A stretch of 64,000 nt of DNA from Minisyncoccia bacterium (lineage in GTDB: Bacteria > Patescibacteriota > Minisyncoccia > SW-4-49-11), in NCBI GenBank assembly GCA_044341565.1, contig JBIIRM010000001.1, positions 74,527-138,526 on the forward strand, written 5' to 3'. This document shows, piece after piece, positions 29,336 to 39,090 of this stretch (within the stretch, counting starts at the first letter, position 1; the number at the start of each line of letters is the position of its first letter). The position numbers were made by a program, and so were the translations under genes. Under the pieces are notes generated by a model that saw nothing but the letters and a program-made list of their open reading frames with translations, ran no database searches and had not been told where the DNA came from.

Positions 29336-29365
29336 CGTCAGATTGTTACTAAAAGACATGTACTT
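29336..29365 (+). repeat. 3' arm of the 16S processing stem
   Basis: CGTCAGATTGTTACTAAAAGACATGTACTT is complementary to 27700-27729. Confidence 0.85.
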
Positions 29366-29397
29366 GAATAATTATTGAATGGATTGAATTGTGTATA

Positions 29398-29440
29398 ATA
29401 AAACAGATTTCTCTTGTATAGGGGAGTCTGTTTTATTTTA
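29398..29440 (+). terminator. Terminator of the 16S transcript
   Basis: ATAAAACAGATTTCTCT / AGGGGAGTCTGTTTTAT hairpin followed by T residues. Confidence 0.75.
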
Positions 29441-29468
29441 TATGAGAATGGTGTATAATACTTCTATT

Positions 29469-31022
29469 ATGGTAAGAAAATTAAAGACATTATTTCCAGC
29501 CTCAACCCTTGTATATGCTACTGGGTCATTGGTTATATTGAGTATTTTATCTCGTATTTTAGGTTTAGTCAGGGATAGATTATTAACCAGTACTATTCCA
29601 CTATCAGAGCTAGATTCGTATTTTTCGGCTTTCCGTATTCCAGATTTTTTATATAATATTTTAATTTTAGGTACATTATCTAGTGCTTTTATCCCTCTAT
29701 TTAGTAAATTAATTAATCGAAAAGATAAATCAGAAGAGGCTCAGGCATTAATCAAGGATGTCTTATTAGTAATTGGACTTTTGATGGGTATAGTATCGCT
29801 ATTAATGATAGTCTTCGCTCCCTATTTAGTAAAAATGGTAACCATCTCATATGATAATGAGAAATTTATAAATACAGTAAATTTAACCCGTATTATGGCA
29901 ATCTCTCCCTTGATATTTAGTATATCAAGTATTTTATCTAGTGTACTGAATGCGTATAAAAAATTTGTTATCGTAGCCCTGGGACCACTATTATATAATT
30001 TTGGAATTATTATTGGTATTGTATATTTTTATCCTGAGTGGGGAATAGCTGGGCTTGGATATGGAGTGATTTTGGGGGCTTTCTTACATCTTTTCATACA
30101 AATCCCAAGTATATTACAGCTTAATATACGCTTACAAATCAGTACAAATCTTCATATCAAAAATCTACAGAAATTATGGAAATTATATTGGCCAAGACTT
30201 TTGGTGATTGATACTGCGATGATTAGCTTATTTATTGGTACTATTATCGCCTCCACAAGAGCAAATGCTGTCACCTATTTTACTCTTGCTTTTAATCTTA
30301 ATACATTACCTCTTGGAATTATCGCCTTATCTTTTGCAACAGCGGTATTCCCATTTTTAACAGAAGCCTATACTAAGGGAGATGAAAAAGCATTTAGAAA
30401 TTATGTTATAGGAGGTATTGCTAAGAATTTATTAATATTAATTCCTGTAATGATGCTTATGCTCAACTTTAGAGCTCAATTAGTACGTATTGTATATGGG
30501 GGTGGAGTCTTTGATTGGGAAGCAACACGCATTACTTTTGATACATTTACTATATTGGCTTTATCCATACCATTTCAAGGTCTTATCCCCTTATTTAGTA
30601 GAACATTATTCGCTCGCCATGATACCAAAACTCCAACCATAGTGGGTATTATTAGTATGATATTCAATATATTCTTAGCCCTTATATTAAGTCATTATTG
30701 GGGGGTACAAGGGGTGGCCGCAGCCTTCTCTATTACTATTATTGCAACTTGTCTGATGTATGGGGCTATTATATTTAAAACCATTAATCATGGAAGTATT
30801 ATACGCACTATTCGATACGGTATACAGATTGGTATTTGGTCATTTGGTATGGTAATTATTGCATATGGATTAAAGCATTTACTTGGAAATATATGGGGAA
30901 CTAATACCACATTGGCTTTGATTTTACAGGTGCTCGGAGCCTCTATACCGGCTCTTGCAATTTATGCTTTTATCACATGGAAACTGGGACTCACAAAAGT
31001 ATTATTACAGGAAAAAGAGTAG
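29469..31022 (+). CDS. murJ: Lipid II flippase MurJ
   Basis: SRILGLVRD, AFRIPD, SSAFIP, HDTKTP. Start moved to ATG 29469 because the upstream in-frame part is the rRNA terminator. Confidence 0.93.
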   Translation: MVRKLKTLFPASTLVYATGSLVILSILSRILGLVRDRLLTSTIPLSELDSYFSAFRIPDFLYNILILGTLSSAFIPLFSKLINRKDKSEEAQALIKDVLLVIGLLMGIVSLLMIVFAPYLVKMVTISYDNEKFINTVNLTRIMAISPLIFSISSILSSVLNAYKKFVIVALGPLLYNFGIIIGIVYFYPEWGIAGLGYGVILGAFLHLFIQIPSILQLNIRLQISTNLHIKNLQKLWKLYWPRLLVIDTAMISLFIGTIIASTRANAVTYFTLAFNLNTLPLGIIALSFATAVFPFLTEAYTKGDEKAFRNYVIGGIAKNLLILIPVMMLMLNFRAQLVRIVYGGGVFDWEATRITFDTFTILALSIPFQGLIPLFSRTLFARHDTKTPTIVGIISMIFNIFLALILSHYWGVQGVAAAFSITIIATCLMYGAIIFKTINHGSIIRTIRYGIQIGIWSFGMVIIAYGLKHLLGNIWGTNTTLALILQVLGASIPALAIYAFITWKLGLTKVLLQEKE

Positions 31023-31093
31023 AGTCTTTTTGCTAATTTCTTGACAAAAAGACAAAAGTATACTATAACAAGTATACTTTTTGTTCTTTCATT

Positions 31094-31291
31094 ATGACTT
31101 CTTCTATTCAGAAAAAGCAAAGAATTAGATTGACCTATAGTCTTTTTGCCCTACTTTCCATCGGATCTGCGGTAGGACTATTCTTTAACCCACTTTTCTT
31201 TGCTCCATTGGCTATTGTCTTAAATGGTTTGTTCGGCTTACTTCTAACCCTACATGTCTTATTTGATAAAAGGTGGAGTAATCATCAATAA
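31094..31291 (+). CDS. Small two-TM membrane protein (65 aa)
   Basis: Basic N-terminus and two hydrophobic segments; own promoter (TTGACA at 31041) and terminator. Confidence 0.6.
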   Translation: MTSSIQKKQRIRLTYSLFALLSIGSAVGLFFNPLFFAPLAIVLNGLFGLLLTLHVLFDKRWSNHQ

Positions 31292-31322
31292 CCGAGCGTC
31301 GTAATATGGTGACTCGGTTTTT
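31290..31322 (+). terminator. Intrinsic terminator
   Basis: AACCGAG...CTCGGTT stem followed by a T tract. Confidence 0.7.
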
Positions 31323-31366
31323 AATTACTTGTAAAACATAGTAAAATTAGCTATAATAAAGGCTAT

Positions 31367-33160
31367 ATGCAATATATTCGTAATTTTAGTATTATCGCTC
31401 ATATTGATCATGGGAAATCAACTTTGTCTGATCGTATTTTAGAATTAACCCATACAGTTGAAAAACGTAATATGAAGGCTCAGCTATTAGATTCTATGGA
31501 ATTGGAGCGAGAGCGTGGTATTACTATCAAAATGCAACCAGTTCGAGTAAAATATACCCATCAGGGGCAAGAATATACATTAAATTTGATTGATACTCCA
31601 GGCCATGTAGATTTCTCTTATGAAGTTTCTCGTAGTCTTGCAGCAGTGGAAGGAGCGATTTTATTGGTGGACGCCACACAAGGTATACAAGCTCAAACTA
31701 TTGCTAATGTGTATTTAGCTATTGATCAGGATTTGGTAATTATCCCTGCTGTGAATAAAGTAGATTTACCACATGCTCGGGTGTCTGAAGTGAAGCAAGA
31801 AATATGTGAATTATTAGGAGTAGAGGAATCTGATATTCTAGAAATATCAGGTAAAACAGGGCAGGGGGTACCTGAATTATTAGATCAAGTTATTGCTGAA
31901 ATTCCCTCTCCCCAGACTAATTCTAATAATCCTCATGATTTTAGAGCTTTAATATTTGACTCCGCCTTTGATTCTTATAAAGGAGTAATTGCACATATTC
32001 GAGTAGTAGATGGGGCTATACATACTGCTGATGCAATCAAAATGTTAGCAAAAAAACAAGAAGCTCAGGCTCTTGAAATTGGGGTATTTACTCCACAAAT
32101 GACTAAATTAGATATATTATCTGCAGGAAGTATTGGTTATATTGCAACTGGGCTCAAAAATGTAGAAAATGTAAGAGTAGGGGATACTATTGTTAAATTT
32201 CCTGAAGGACAGGAATTAGCCCCTTTAGCTGAATATCTAGAACCGGTACCGGTGGTATATGCTAGTATTTTTGTAGAGAGCACAGAAGAATACCCCATAT
32301 TACGGGATGCTTTGAATAAATTGCAATTATCGGATTCATCTCTTGTATTCGAACCTGAAGCAAAAGAGGCTTTAGGTAAGGGGTTTCGTTGTGGGTTTTT
32401 GGGTATGCTTCATCTTGACATTATAACTGAGCGTCTCAAGAGGGAATATGAATTAGAGCTTATTATTAGTACCCCCTCAGTTGCTTATAGTGTAGAGCAA
32501 ACCAATGGAGATACGTATACTATTTATTCCGCCTCAGATTTCCCTGATAATACCAAATTATCTCGTATATTGGAGCCCTTTGTACGGCTTGAAATTATGA
32601 CCCCAAAAGAATATATTGGGGCAGTAATGGATTTATTACAAAAAAGGCGTGGGCAATTTATTAATACTCGCTATATTGGAGAAGATAGAGCTATTATAGA
32701 ATATCAAATTCCATTGGCCAAGGTTATTGTCGATTTTTATGATGTGCTTAAAAGTATTACTTCAGGATATGCTTCAGTTAATTATTATCCTCTTGAGGCT
32801 CAAGAGGCTGAAGTAGTTAAATTAGATATTATGGTAGCAGGAGAAGCTCAAGAAGCCTTATCCCATATCGTATATAAGGATGAAGCTCATGATGAGGGTA
32901 AACGCATTGTGCATAGATTAAAGGAGTCACTTCCCCGCCAACAATACTCAGTTGCTCTACAGGCTTCTATTGGAGGCACTATAGTAGCACGCGAGACATT
33001 ATCGGCTTTTCGTAAAGATGTTATTGCTAAATTATATGGAGGAGACAGGACACGTAAGGATAAATTATTGAAAAAACAAAAAGAAGGGAAAAAGCGTATG
33101 CGTGATACTGCTAGAATACATATTCCAAAAGAGGTGTATTTAGAAGTGTTAAAGCGTTAA
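31367..33160 (+). CDS. lepA: Elongation factor 4
   Basis: IRNFSIIAHIDHGKSTL, GFRCGFLGMLH, RKDVIAKLYGGD. Confidence 0.98.
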   Translation: MQYIRNFSIIAHIDHGKSTLSDRILELTHTVEKRNMKAQLLDSMELERERGITIKMQPVRVKYTHQGQEYTLNLIDTPGHVDFSYEVSRSLAAVEGAILLVDATQGIQAQTIANVYLAIDQDLVIIPAVNKVDLPHARVSEVKQEICELLGVEESDILEISGKTGQGVPELLDQVIAEIPSPQTNSNNPHDFRALIFDSAFDSYKGVIAHIRVVDGAIHTADAIKMLAKKQEAQALEIGVFTPQMTKLDILSAGSIGYIATGLKNVENVRVGDTIVKFPEGQELAPLAEYLEPVPVVYASIFVESTEEYPILRDALNKLQLSDSSLVFEPEAKEALGKGFRCGFLGMLHLDIITERLKREYELELIISTPSVAYSVEQTNGDTYTIYSASDFPDNTKLSRILEPFVRLEIMTPKEYIGAVMDLLQKRRGQFINTRYIGEDRAIIEYQIPLAKVIVDFYDVLKSITSGYASVNYYPLEAQEAEVVKLDIMVAGEAQEALSHIVYKDEAHDEGKRIVHRLKESLPRQQYSVALQASIGGTIVARETLSAFRKDVIAKLYGGDRTRKDKLLKKQKEGKKRMRDTARIHIPKEVYLEVLKR

Positions 33161-33232
33161 ATAGGGGATATTGTATTATTTATAGGGAAGGTGTATAATA
33201 ATGGGGAAAAGAATTATTAATAATATACATAT

Positions 33233-33787
33233 ATGACAACCCCAATTTTGATACTTATCGCAATTGTAGTTATTGTACTTATTTATGGTGTTTCTCTCTA
33301 TAATACCTTTGTGTCTCTACGTCAAAAAGTTGCTGAAGCTTGGGCAGATATTGATGTTCAATTAAAGCGTCGATATGATCTTATTCCTAATTTGGTAGAA
33401 ACTGTAAAAGGATATGCTTCGCATGAATCAGGGGTATTCGAGGAAGTAACTAAGGCTAGAGCACAAGCTATACAAGCTACAGGATTAGAGCAAAAGGCAG
33501 AAGCTGAAAATGCTTTATCAGGAACATTAAAAAGTCTATTTGCAGTATCTGAGGCGTATCCAGATTTGAAGGCAAATCAGAATTTCTTAGAATTACAAAG
33601 AGAACTTAGTGATACAGAGAATAAAATCCAAGCATCTCGAAGATTTTATAATAGTGTTGTTCTATCTCTTAATACTAAGGTGGAAAGTTTTCCAGATAGC
33701 TTTATTGCATCTTCTTTTGGATTTGAAAAGAAAGAATATTTTGAAATTGCTGAAGCTGAAAAAGAAGTAGTAAAAGTTTCCTTCTAA
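33233..33787 (+). CDS. lemA: LemA family protein
   Basis: N-terminal TM, IDVQLKRRYDLIPNLVETVKGY, EAYPDLKAN. Confidence 0.95.
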   Translation: MTTPILILIAIVVIVLIYGVSLYNTFVSLRQKVAEAWADIDVQLKRRYDLIPNLVETVKGYASHESGVFEEVTKARAQAIQATGLEQKAEAENALSGTLKSLFAVSEAYPDLKANQNFLELQRELSDTENKIQASRRFYNSVVLSLNTKVESFPDSFIASSFGFEKKEYFEIAEAEKEVVKVSF

Positions 33788-33806
33788 GCAATAACCAAGA
33801 GTTTAT

Positions 33807-34718
33807 ATGACCTTATACGATCACAAAGATCAGAATATCCGAAAAACCTGGGTATTAATGACAGTATTTATTGCCGTTGTTGTTGGAATAGCCTGGGTAT
33901 TTAGTTATACATTAGATAGTCCAAGTATTTTTGTCTGGGCTTTGATTGGGAGTTTATTTATGAATGTGATTTCCTATTGGTATTCTGATAGTATAGTGCT
34001 TTCAATATCCAATGCTCAGCCAATAGATACTAAAAACCCAGAAGAAAAGCGCATATATAGACTTTTAGAAAATCTAGCTATTACCGCTGGATTACCGACA
34101 CCTAAACTATATATTATCAAAGACACTGCTATGAATGCTTTTGCAACCGGCAGAAATCCGGAGCATTCTGCTATTGCTCTTACTACCGGTATTATATCAA
34201 GATTAGAGCAATCTGAATTAGAAGGAGTAATTGCTCATGAATTATCTCATATTGGGAATCGTGATACCCTGATTCAGACTATATCAGTAGTATTGGTGGG
34301 ACTGGTAGCTCTACTTGCTGATTGGTTTTTACGCATTAGCTTTTGGCGGGGCGTAGGTGGGAGAAGCAATAATAATGATAATGGACAATTAGGAGTAATA
34401 TTGGGTATTATAGCTATAGTTCTTGCAATTCTAGCTCCTATTTTTGTACAATTATTACATTTAGCTATATCTCGTAAAAGAGAATATTTAGCAGATGCTA
34501 GTGGAGCTTTACTTACTCGTTACCCTGAAGGATTAGCAACCGCCTTAGAAAAAATCAGTAAGGATACTGAACCCCTAGAGGTCGCCAATAGAGCCACAGC
34601 TCATTTATATATTTCAAATCCACTTAAAGGTGGTGGGGCAAAGGATTTGTTCTCCACACATCCGCCCATTAATAAGCGTATAGCAGCTCTTCGTGGAATG
34701 GACATAGATACAGTATAA
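33807..34718 (+). CDS. htpX: M48 zinc protease HtpX
   Basis: NAFATGRNP, HELSH, SRKREYLAD, FSTHPP. Confidence 0.95.
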   Translation: MTLYDHKDQNIRKTWVLMTVFIAVVVGIAWVFSYTLDSPSIFVWALIGSLFMNVISYWYSDSIVLSISNAQPIDTKNPEEKRIYRLLENLAITAGLPTPKLYIIKDTAMNAFATGRNPEHSAIALTTGIISRLEQSELEGVIAHELSHIGNRDTLIQTISVVLVGLVALLADWFLRISFWRGVGGRSNNNDNGQLGVILGIIAIVLAILAPIFVQLLHLAISRKREYLADASGALLTRYPEGLATALEKISKDTEPLEVANRATAHLYISNPLKGGGAKDLFSTHPPINKRIAALRGMDIDTV

Positions 34719-34730
34719 TAAAACAACTTT

Positions 34731-36158
34731 ATGGATAAGCTAGTTAAAAGAACAAAAATTGTCAGTACTCTTAGCCCTCGTGTAGCTACGGAAGAATCTT
34801 TAATAGAATTTATTAAAGCAGGAGCTAATGTATTTCGGCTGAATTTTTCTCATGGAAGTCATGAGGAATATACTCAAATGATTCAAACCATTAAAAAAGT
34901 GCGTACAGATTTATCTATTCCTGTCGCTATACTCCAAGATTTACAGGGTCCAAGAGTAAGAGTAGGAGCTCTAGAGAATCCATTAGATATTGTGGTAGGG
35001 GAAACTATTTATATTACCAATGATACAGGGGTATACCATTTTGAAGAAGGAGTCAAAACATTACCTATTGATCATGATTTAAGTCCTATTTTAAAACCAG
35101 GAGAAACCGTATTAATAGAAGATGGACTTATTGAATTATTGGTATTGGAATCAATGCCTGATAAACAATATACTATTGCTGAGGCCAGAACAAATTCTCA
35201 GATTAAAGGAAGAAAAGGAGTTAATTTCCCGGGTAGTTCTGTTAATTTCCCTGTTATTACCGAAAAAGATAAAGCTGATTTAAGTTTTGGTCTACAGCAA
35301 GGCGTTGATTTTATTGCTATGTCTTTTGTACGATCAGCTGAGGATATTAAAGAGTTAAGAAGACTGATTGAATCAGATAATAATAAGATGAATAGTCCTC
35401 TTATTATTGCTAAAATTGAAAAACCTGATGCAGTAGCTCAAATTGACTCTATTATGGATGAAGTTGATGGTATTATGGTAGCAAGAGGAGATTTGGGTAT
35501 TGAAGTTCAGGCTGAAAGAGTGCCCATTATTCAAAAACATATTATTGAACTTGCTTTACTTAAAGGAAAGCATGTAATTGTTGCGACCCAAATGTTGGAT
35601 TCTATGATTCGTAATCCCCGTCCAACTCGAGCTGAGGTTTCGGATGTGGCTAATGCAGTTATTGATCATACTGATGCTGTAATGTTATCTGGTGAGACTT
35701 CGGGAGGAGCTTATCCTTTAGAGGCAGTATTAATGATGCAGAAAATTATTACTGCAACTGAGGAATCATCATATGATAATTTTTTGGATGAATATATTGC
35801 GGGTGATGAGGATAAGAATATTTATCGAGAACTTGCGTATGGAGCTCAGCATTTAGCAAGAGCTAGCGAAGTGGATGGAATTGTGATTATTGATAAAGAA
35901 GGTAAAGGGGTGGCTGAATATATGTCTCAATTTAGAGCAGAAATTCCTGTATTTGTAATTACAGAAAATCAGGAATACTTTTATCATACTGCTTTGACTT
36001 GGGGAGTCATAGGATTGTTACAAACAGATAATAACCCATATGAGCTGATTCAGAATATTCGCCAAGAACATTTTGATACGAATATTGATGGACATTATTT
36101 TGTGGTAGTTGATATTAGTGAGGTTGGAAGAGAGTCTATACAGATGTTTTTTGTATAA
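34731..36158 (+). CDS. pyk: Pyruvate kinase
   Basis: [34 protein letters not shown]. Confidence 0.96.
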   Translation: MDKLVKRTKIVSTLSPRVATEESLIEFIKAGANVFRLNFSHGSHEEYTQMIQTIKKVRTDLSIPVAILQDLQGPRVRVGALENPLDIVVGETIYITNDTGVYHFEEGVKTLPIDHDLSPILKPGETVLIEDGLIELLVLESMPDKQYTIAEARTNSQIKGRKGVNFPGSSVNFPVITEKDKADLSFGLQQGVDFIAMSFVRSAEDIKELRRLIESDNNKMNSPLIIAKIEKPDAVAQIDSIMDEVDGIMVARGDLGIEVQAERVPIIQKHIIELALLKGKHVIVATQMLDSMIRNPRPTRAEVSDVANAVIDHTDAVMLSGETSGGAYPLEAVLMMQKIITATEESSYDNFLDEYIAGDEDKNIYRELAYGAQHLARASEVDGIVIIDKEGKGVAEYMSQFRAEIPVFVITENQEYFYHTALTWGVIGLLQTDNNPYELIQNIRQEHFDTNIDGHYFVVVDISEVGRESIQMFFV

Positions 36159-36213
36159 ATTTTGACAAGATAACAAATATAAGGTAATATTAGACATGCT
36201 ATTGAAGAATATT

Positions 36214-36396
36214 ATGATAGGACCCATACAATATATTAAAGAGTCACAAGCTGAGATCAAAAAAGTCACTTGGCCAACTCGAGAAAAAGCATTTCAATAT
36301 ACTGGTATTGTTGCTATTATTTCTATTGTATCTATGATTATATTGGGTGGATTAGATATATTCTTCAACTTTATTCTCAAAACATTTATTCTCTAA
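36214..36396 (+). CDS. secE: Preprotein translocase SecE
   Basis: E.KKVTWP followed by a single TM; precedes nusG. The start could be 36196. Confidence 0.93.
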   Translation: MIGPIQYIKESQAEIKKVTWPTREKAFQYTGIVAIISIVSMIILGGLDIFFNFILKTFIL

Positions 36397-36410
36397 TTTA
36401 GACTTTCGAT

Positions 36411-36959
36411 ATGGCAAAGCAACATCCTATTAGTATAGAAAAAAATTGGTATGTTATTCATAGTGTATCAGGACTAGAAGATAATGTGGCCCAGAATTTG
36501 AAAAAAAGAATAGAATCTCTTTCTATGGAAGATTATATTTTTGATGTTGTAGTTCCAAAGGAAAAGAAAATTAAAATTAAGAATGGGAAAAGAGTTACCG
36601 TAGAAGAGAGGATTTTTCCTGGATATGTATTTGTAGAAATGATTGTAACAGATAATTCTTGGTATGTTGTGCGGAATACTCCCAATGTAACAGGATTTAT
36701 TGGAGCTGGTACAACTCCAATTCCAGTTTCACCTGATGAAATGCATTTTATTGAAAAGAAAGTAACCAAAGAAGAGCCTAAATATACTCTTAATATTGAT
36801 ATTGATGATTTGGTTAAAATTACCGATGGACCATTTAAAGATTTTGAAGGAAAAGTATCTGAAGTTGATGAATCAAAAGGAAAATTGAAGGTTTTGGTAA
36901 ATATGTTTGGACGAAATACTCCTGTAGAGCTCGATTCACTACAAATCAAAAAAGTATAA
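36411..36959 (+). CDS. nusG: Transcription antitermination factor NusG
   Basis: WYVIH..SG.E, FPGYVFVEM, KOW motif DGPFKDFEG. Confidence 0.98.
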   Translation: MAKQHPISIEKNWYVIHSVSGLEDNVAQNLKKRIESLSMEDYIFDVVVPKEKKIKIKNGKRVTVEERIFPGYVFVEMIVTDNSWYVVRNTPNVTGFIGAGTTPIPVSPDEMHFIEKKVTKEEPKYTLNIDIDDLVKITDGPFKDFEGKVSEVDESKGKLKVLVNMFGRNTPVELDSLQIKKV

Positions 36960-36974
36960 ACTCAATTTGAGTTT

Positions 36975-37295
36975 ATGAAACATTTTACAAAAATGGTAGA
37001 AGATTTTATTTGTAAAAATTGCGGATTATCTGTACATGGTAATGGGTATACGAATCATTGTCCAGAATGTTTATATTCTCTTCATGTAGATAATTATCCA
37101 GGAGACAGACAAGAGAATTGTCAGGGTTTAATGAAGCCAATTGATATCATATCTAAAGGAGGGTATCCCATAGATATTATTCATGAATGTCAGATATGTC
37201 ATAGTATTAAATATAATAAAGTCAATGATAATGACTCTACTAATACGATTATTGAAATAATGAAAGAAAAAGTGAAAAAAGAAATGATGCGATAA
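36975..37295 (+). CDS. RNHCP-domain zinc-ribbon protein
   Basis: FICKNCG, TNHCPECLYSLHVD..PGDR...C.GLM. Confidence 0.88.
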   Translation: MKHFTKMVEDFICKNCGLSVHGNGYTNHCPECLYSLHVDNYPGDRQENCQGLMKPIDIISKGGYPIDIIHECQICHSIKYNKVNDNDSTNTIIEIMKEKVKKEMMR

Positions 37296-37350
37296 TATCT
37301 TATATATAATCGATTTATGGTATACTAAAATAAAGATTCAAAATTAATAT

Positions 37351-39042
37351 ATGGAATATACAAATCAATTTTTATCAATAGGATTATTGGTATTGAGCGG
37401 GATGATTAATTTCATTATCGGAATATTCATTTATTTTTTTGCATATCAATTATCCCATGGTAAATATGTATCATCTAAATATTTTGCATATCTTTGTTTT
37501 GGTATATTTACTTGGGCTTTATGGTTGGGGCTCCGAACCTTATATTTTTATCCTGAAGGAAATATATGGGGTATATATATTGCTAATATTGCTATTTATA
37601 TTACTATTATTAGTGTTGTACAGGTATTAGTGTTTTTTGGATTAGCTTTTCATAATACTCAACGTACATTTCATCAATATCGATTTTTATATTATCCTTA
37701 TATTTTGGTTGCAATAGCAATTCTTATCCCACAAGTTGGAATATTACAATTAGATGCTAATAATCCCATTGCATATCAATCATTAGCATATTATATATTT
37801 ATTCTTTATATTGTGAGTTATAGTATTTTATATATAAGTTTATTAGTATATCGCTATAATAGGGTAACTAATCATACAGCAAAAAGACATATACAAATTA
37901 TATTATTGGGGACAATATTTAGTTTATTAGCAGCATCTATCACAAATATTATACTTCCATCTATATTTGGTAATACTCAGTTTATTTATTATGGTCCAAT
38001 TGCAACGGTAGTATTATCAGCAACAGTATTATTTGCTATTATTCGGTATCGATTATTTCGTATACAGCTTCCTATTGCAGGACTCATGACAACATTGGTT
38101 ATTACTATTATATTATTAATTATACGATTTATTATTATTGATAATAATTTTTCGGAGGGAGTACAGTCAACTATGTTAGTCGTATTTATGTTTACCTGTT
38201 TATATACATTTTTAACCAGAGAAGCTTATGTAGGTGCCCAGAAACAAGTTATTCTCGATAATAAAAAACAAGAATTAGAAATTGCACTTGACTCCAAAAA
38301 TGATTTTTTGAAAAATGCCTCTCATCAACTCAGAACTCCATTAACAGTTATACAGGGATATTTAGCAATGATTACGGGAAAAGAAGATCCCAAATATACA
38401 TTAAATCAAGCAGCATTAGATGATTTGCAAAAAGCCTATATCAGTGCAAAAAATTTGAATGAAATTATTAATGATGTATTATCCGCTAATGATGTTAATG
38501 CAGGTCGTTTTGGTATAAATATCAAAGATACCATCGATTTAAAGGAATTAATTGATACGATTATTGAGGAAAAACATGAATTATTGAATAGTAAATCAAC
38601 TAAAGTAGTATTTAAGAGTAAAGGGACCGGTATGCAAGCCTTTATTGATAAAGGGAAATTAAAGGAAGCTCTTAATAATATTATTGATAATGCTGTCTTT
38701 TATGGGAAAGGAAAAATTAGTATTACTCTTGATGCTAAGGGAAAAGAATTTTTCATTATATCAGTTCAGGATAATGGGGTAGGTATTACCAAAGAAGATG
38801 CTAAGAAAATCTGGAGAAAATTTGAGAGAGGTAAAAAATCATCACTTATTAACCCCAATGGGTCTGGACTTGGGTTATATTTAGCAAAGCAAATTATGCT
38901 GAAACATGGTGGCGACATAGAGGCCCACTCAGATGGGAGAGATCAAGGTAGCATATTCATATTTACTCTTCCAAAGGAAACCTTAACGCATGCCCCAGCA
39001 GAATCATTTGGTATTAATATACCACAGGCTACTCAAGGGTAG
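37351..39042 (+). CDS. Multi-TM sensor histidine kinase (orphan) 1
   Basis: About 7-9 TM N-terminus, SHQLRTP, DNA..Y, DNGVG, GSGLGL. Confidence 0.9.
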   Translation: MEYTNQFLSIGLLVLSGMINFIIGIFIYFFAYQLSHGKYVSSKYFAYLCFGIFTWALWLGLRTLYFYPEGNIWGIYIANIAIYITIISVVQVLVFFGLAFHNTQRTFHQYRFLYYPYILVAIAILIPQVGILQLDANNPIAYQSLAYYIFILYIVSYSILYISLLVYRYNRVTNHTAKRHIQIILLGTIFSLLAASITNIILPSIFGNTQFIYYGPIATVVLSATVLFAIIRYRLFRIQLPIAGLMTTLVITIILLIIRFIIIDNNFSEGVQSTMLVVFMFTCLYTFLTREAYVGAQKQVILDNKKQELEIALDSKNDFLKNASHQLRTPLTVIQGYLAMITGKEDPKYTLNQAALDDLQKAYISAKNLNEIINDVLSANDVNAGRFGINIKDTIDLKELIDTIIEEKHELLNSKSTKVVFKSKGTGMQAFIDKGKLKEALNNIIDNAVFYGKGKISITLDAKGKEFFIISVQDNGVGITKEDAKKIWRKFERGKKSSLINPNGSGLGLYLAKQIMLKHGGDIEAHSDGRDQGSIFIFTLPKETLTHAPAESFGINIPQATQG

Positions 39043-39090
39043 TATTCTTATGAGTAATATGGTATGATTAAGCCGCTTTAAAGCTATATT

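Noticed and set aside
29391-29468. Upstream in-frame extension of murJ
   Set aside because: It overlaps the rRNA terminator hairpin and the -10 box; MurJ similarity starts after Met at 29469.
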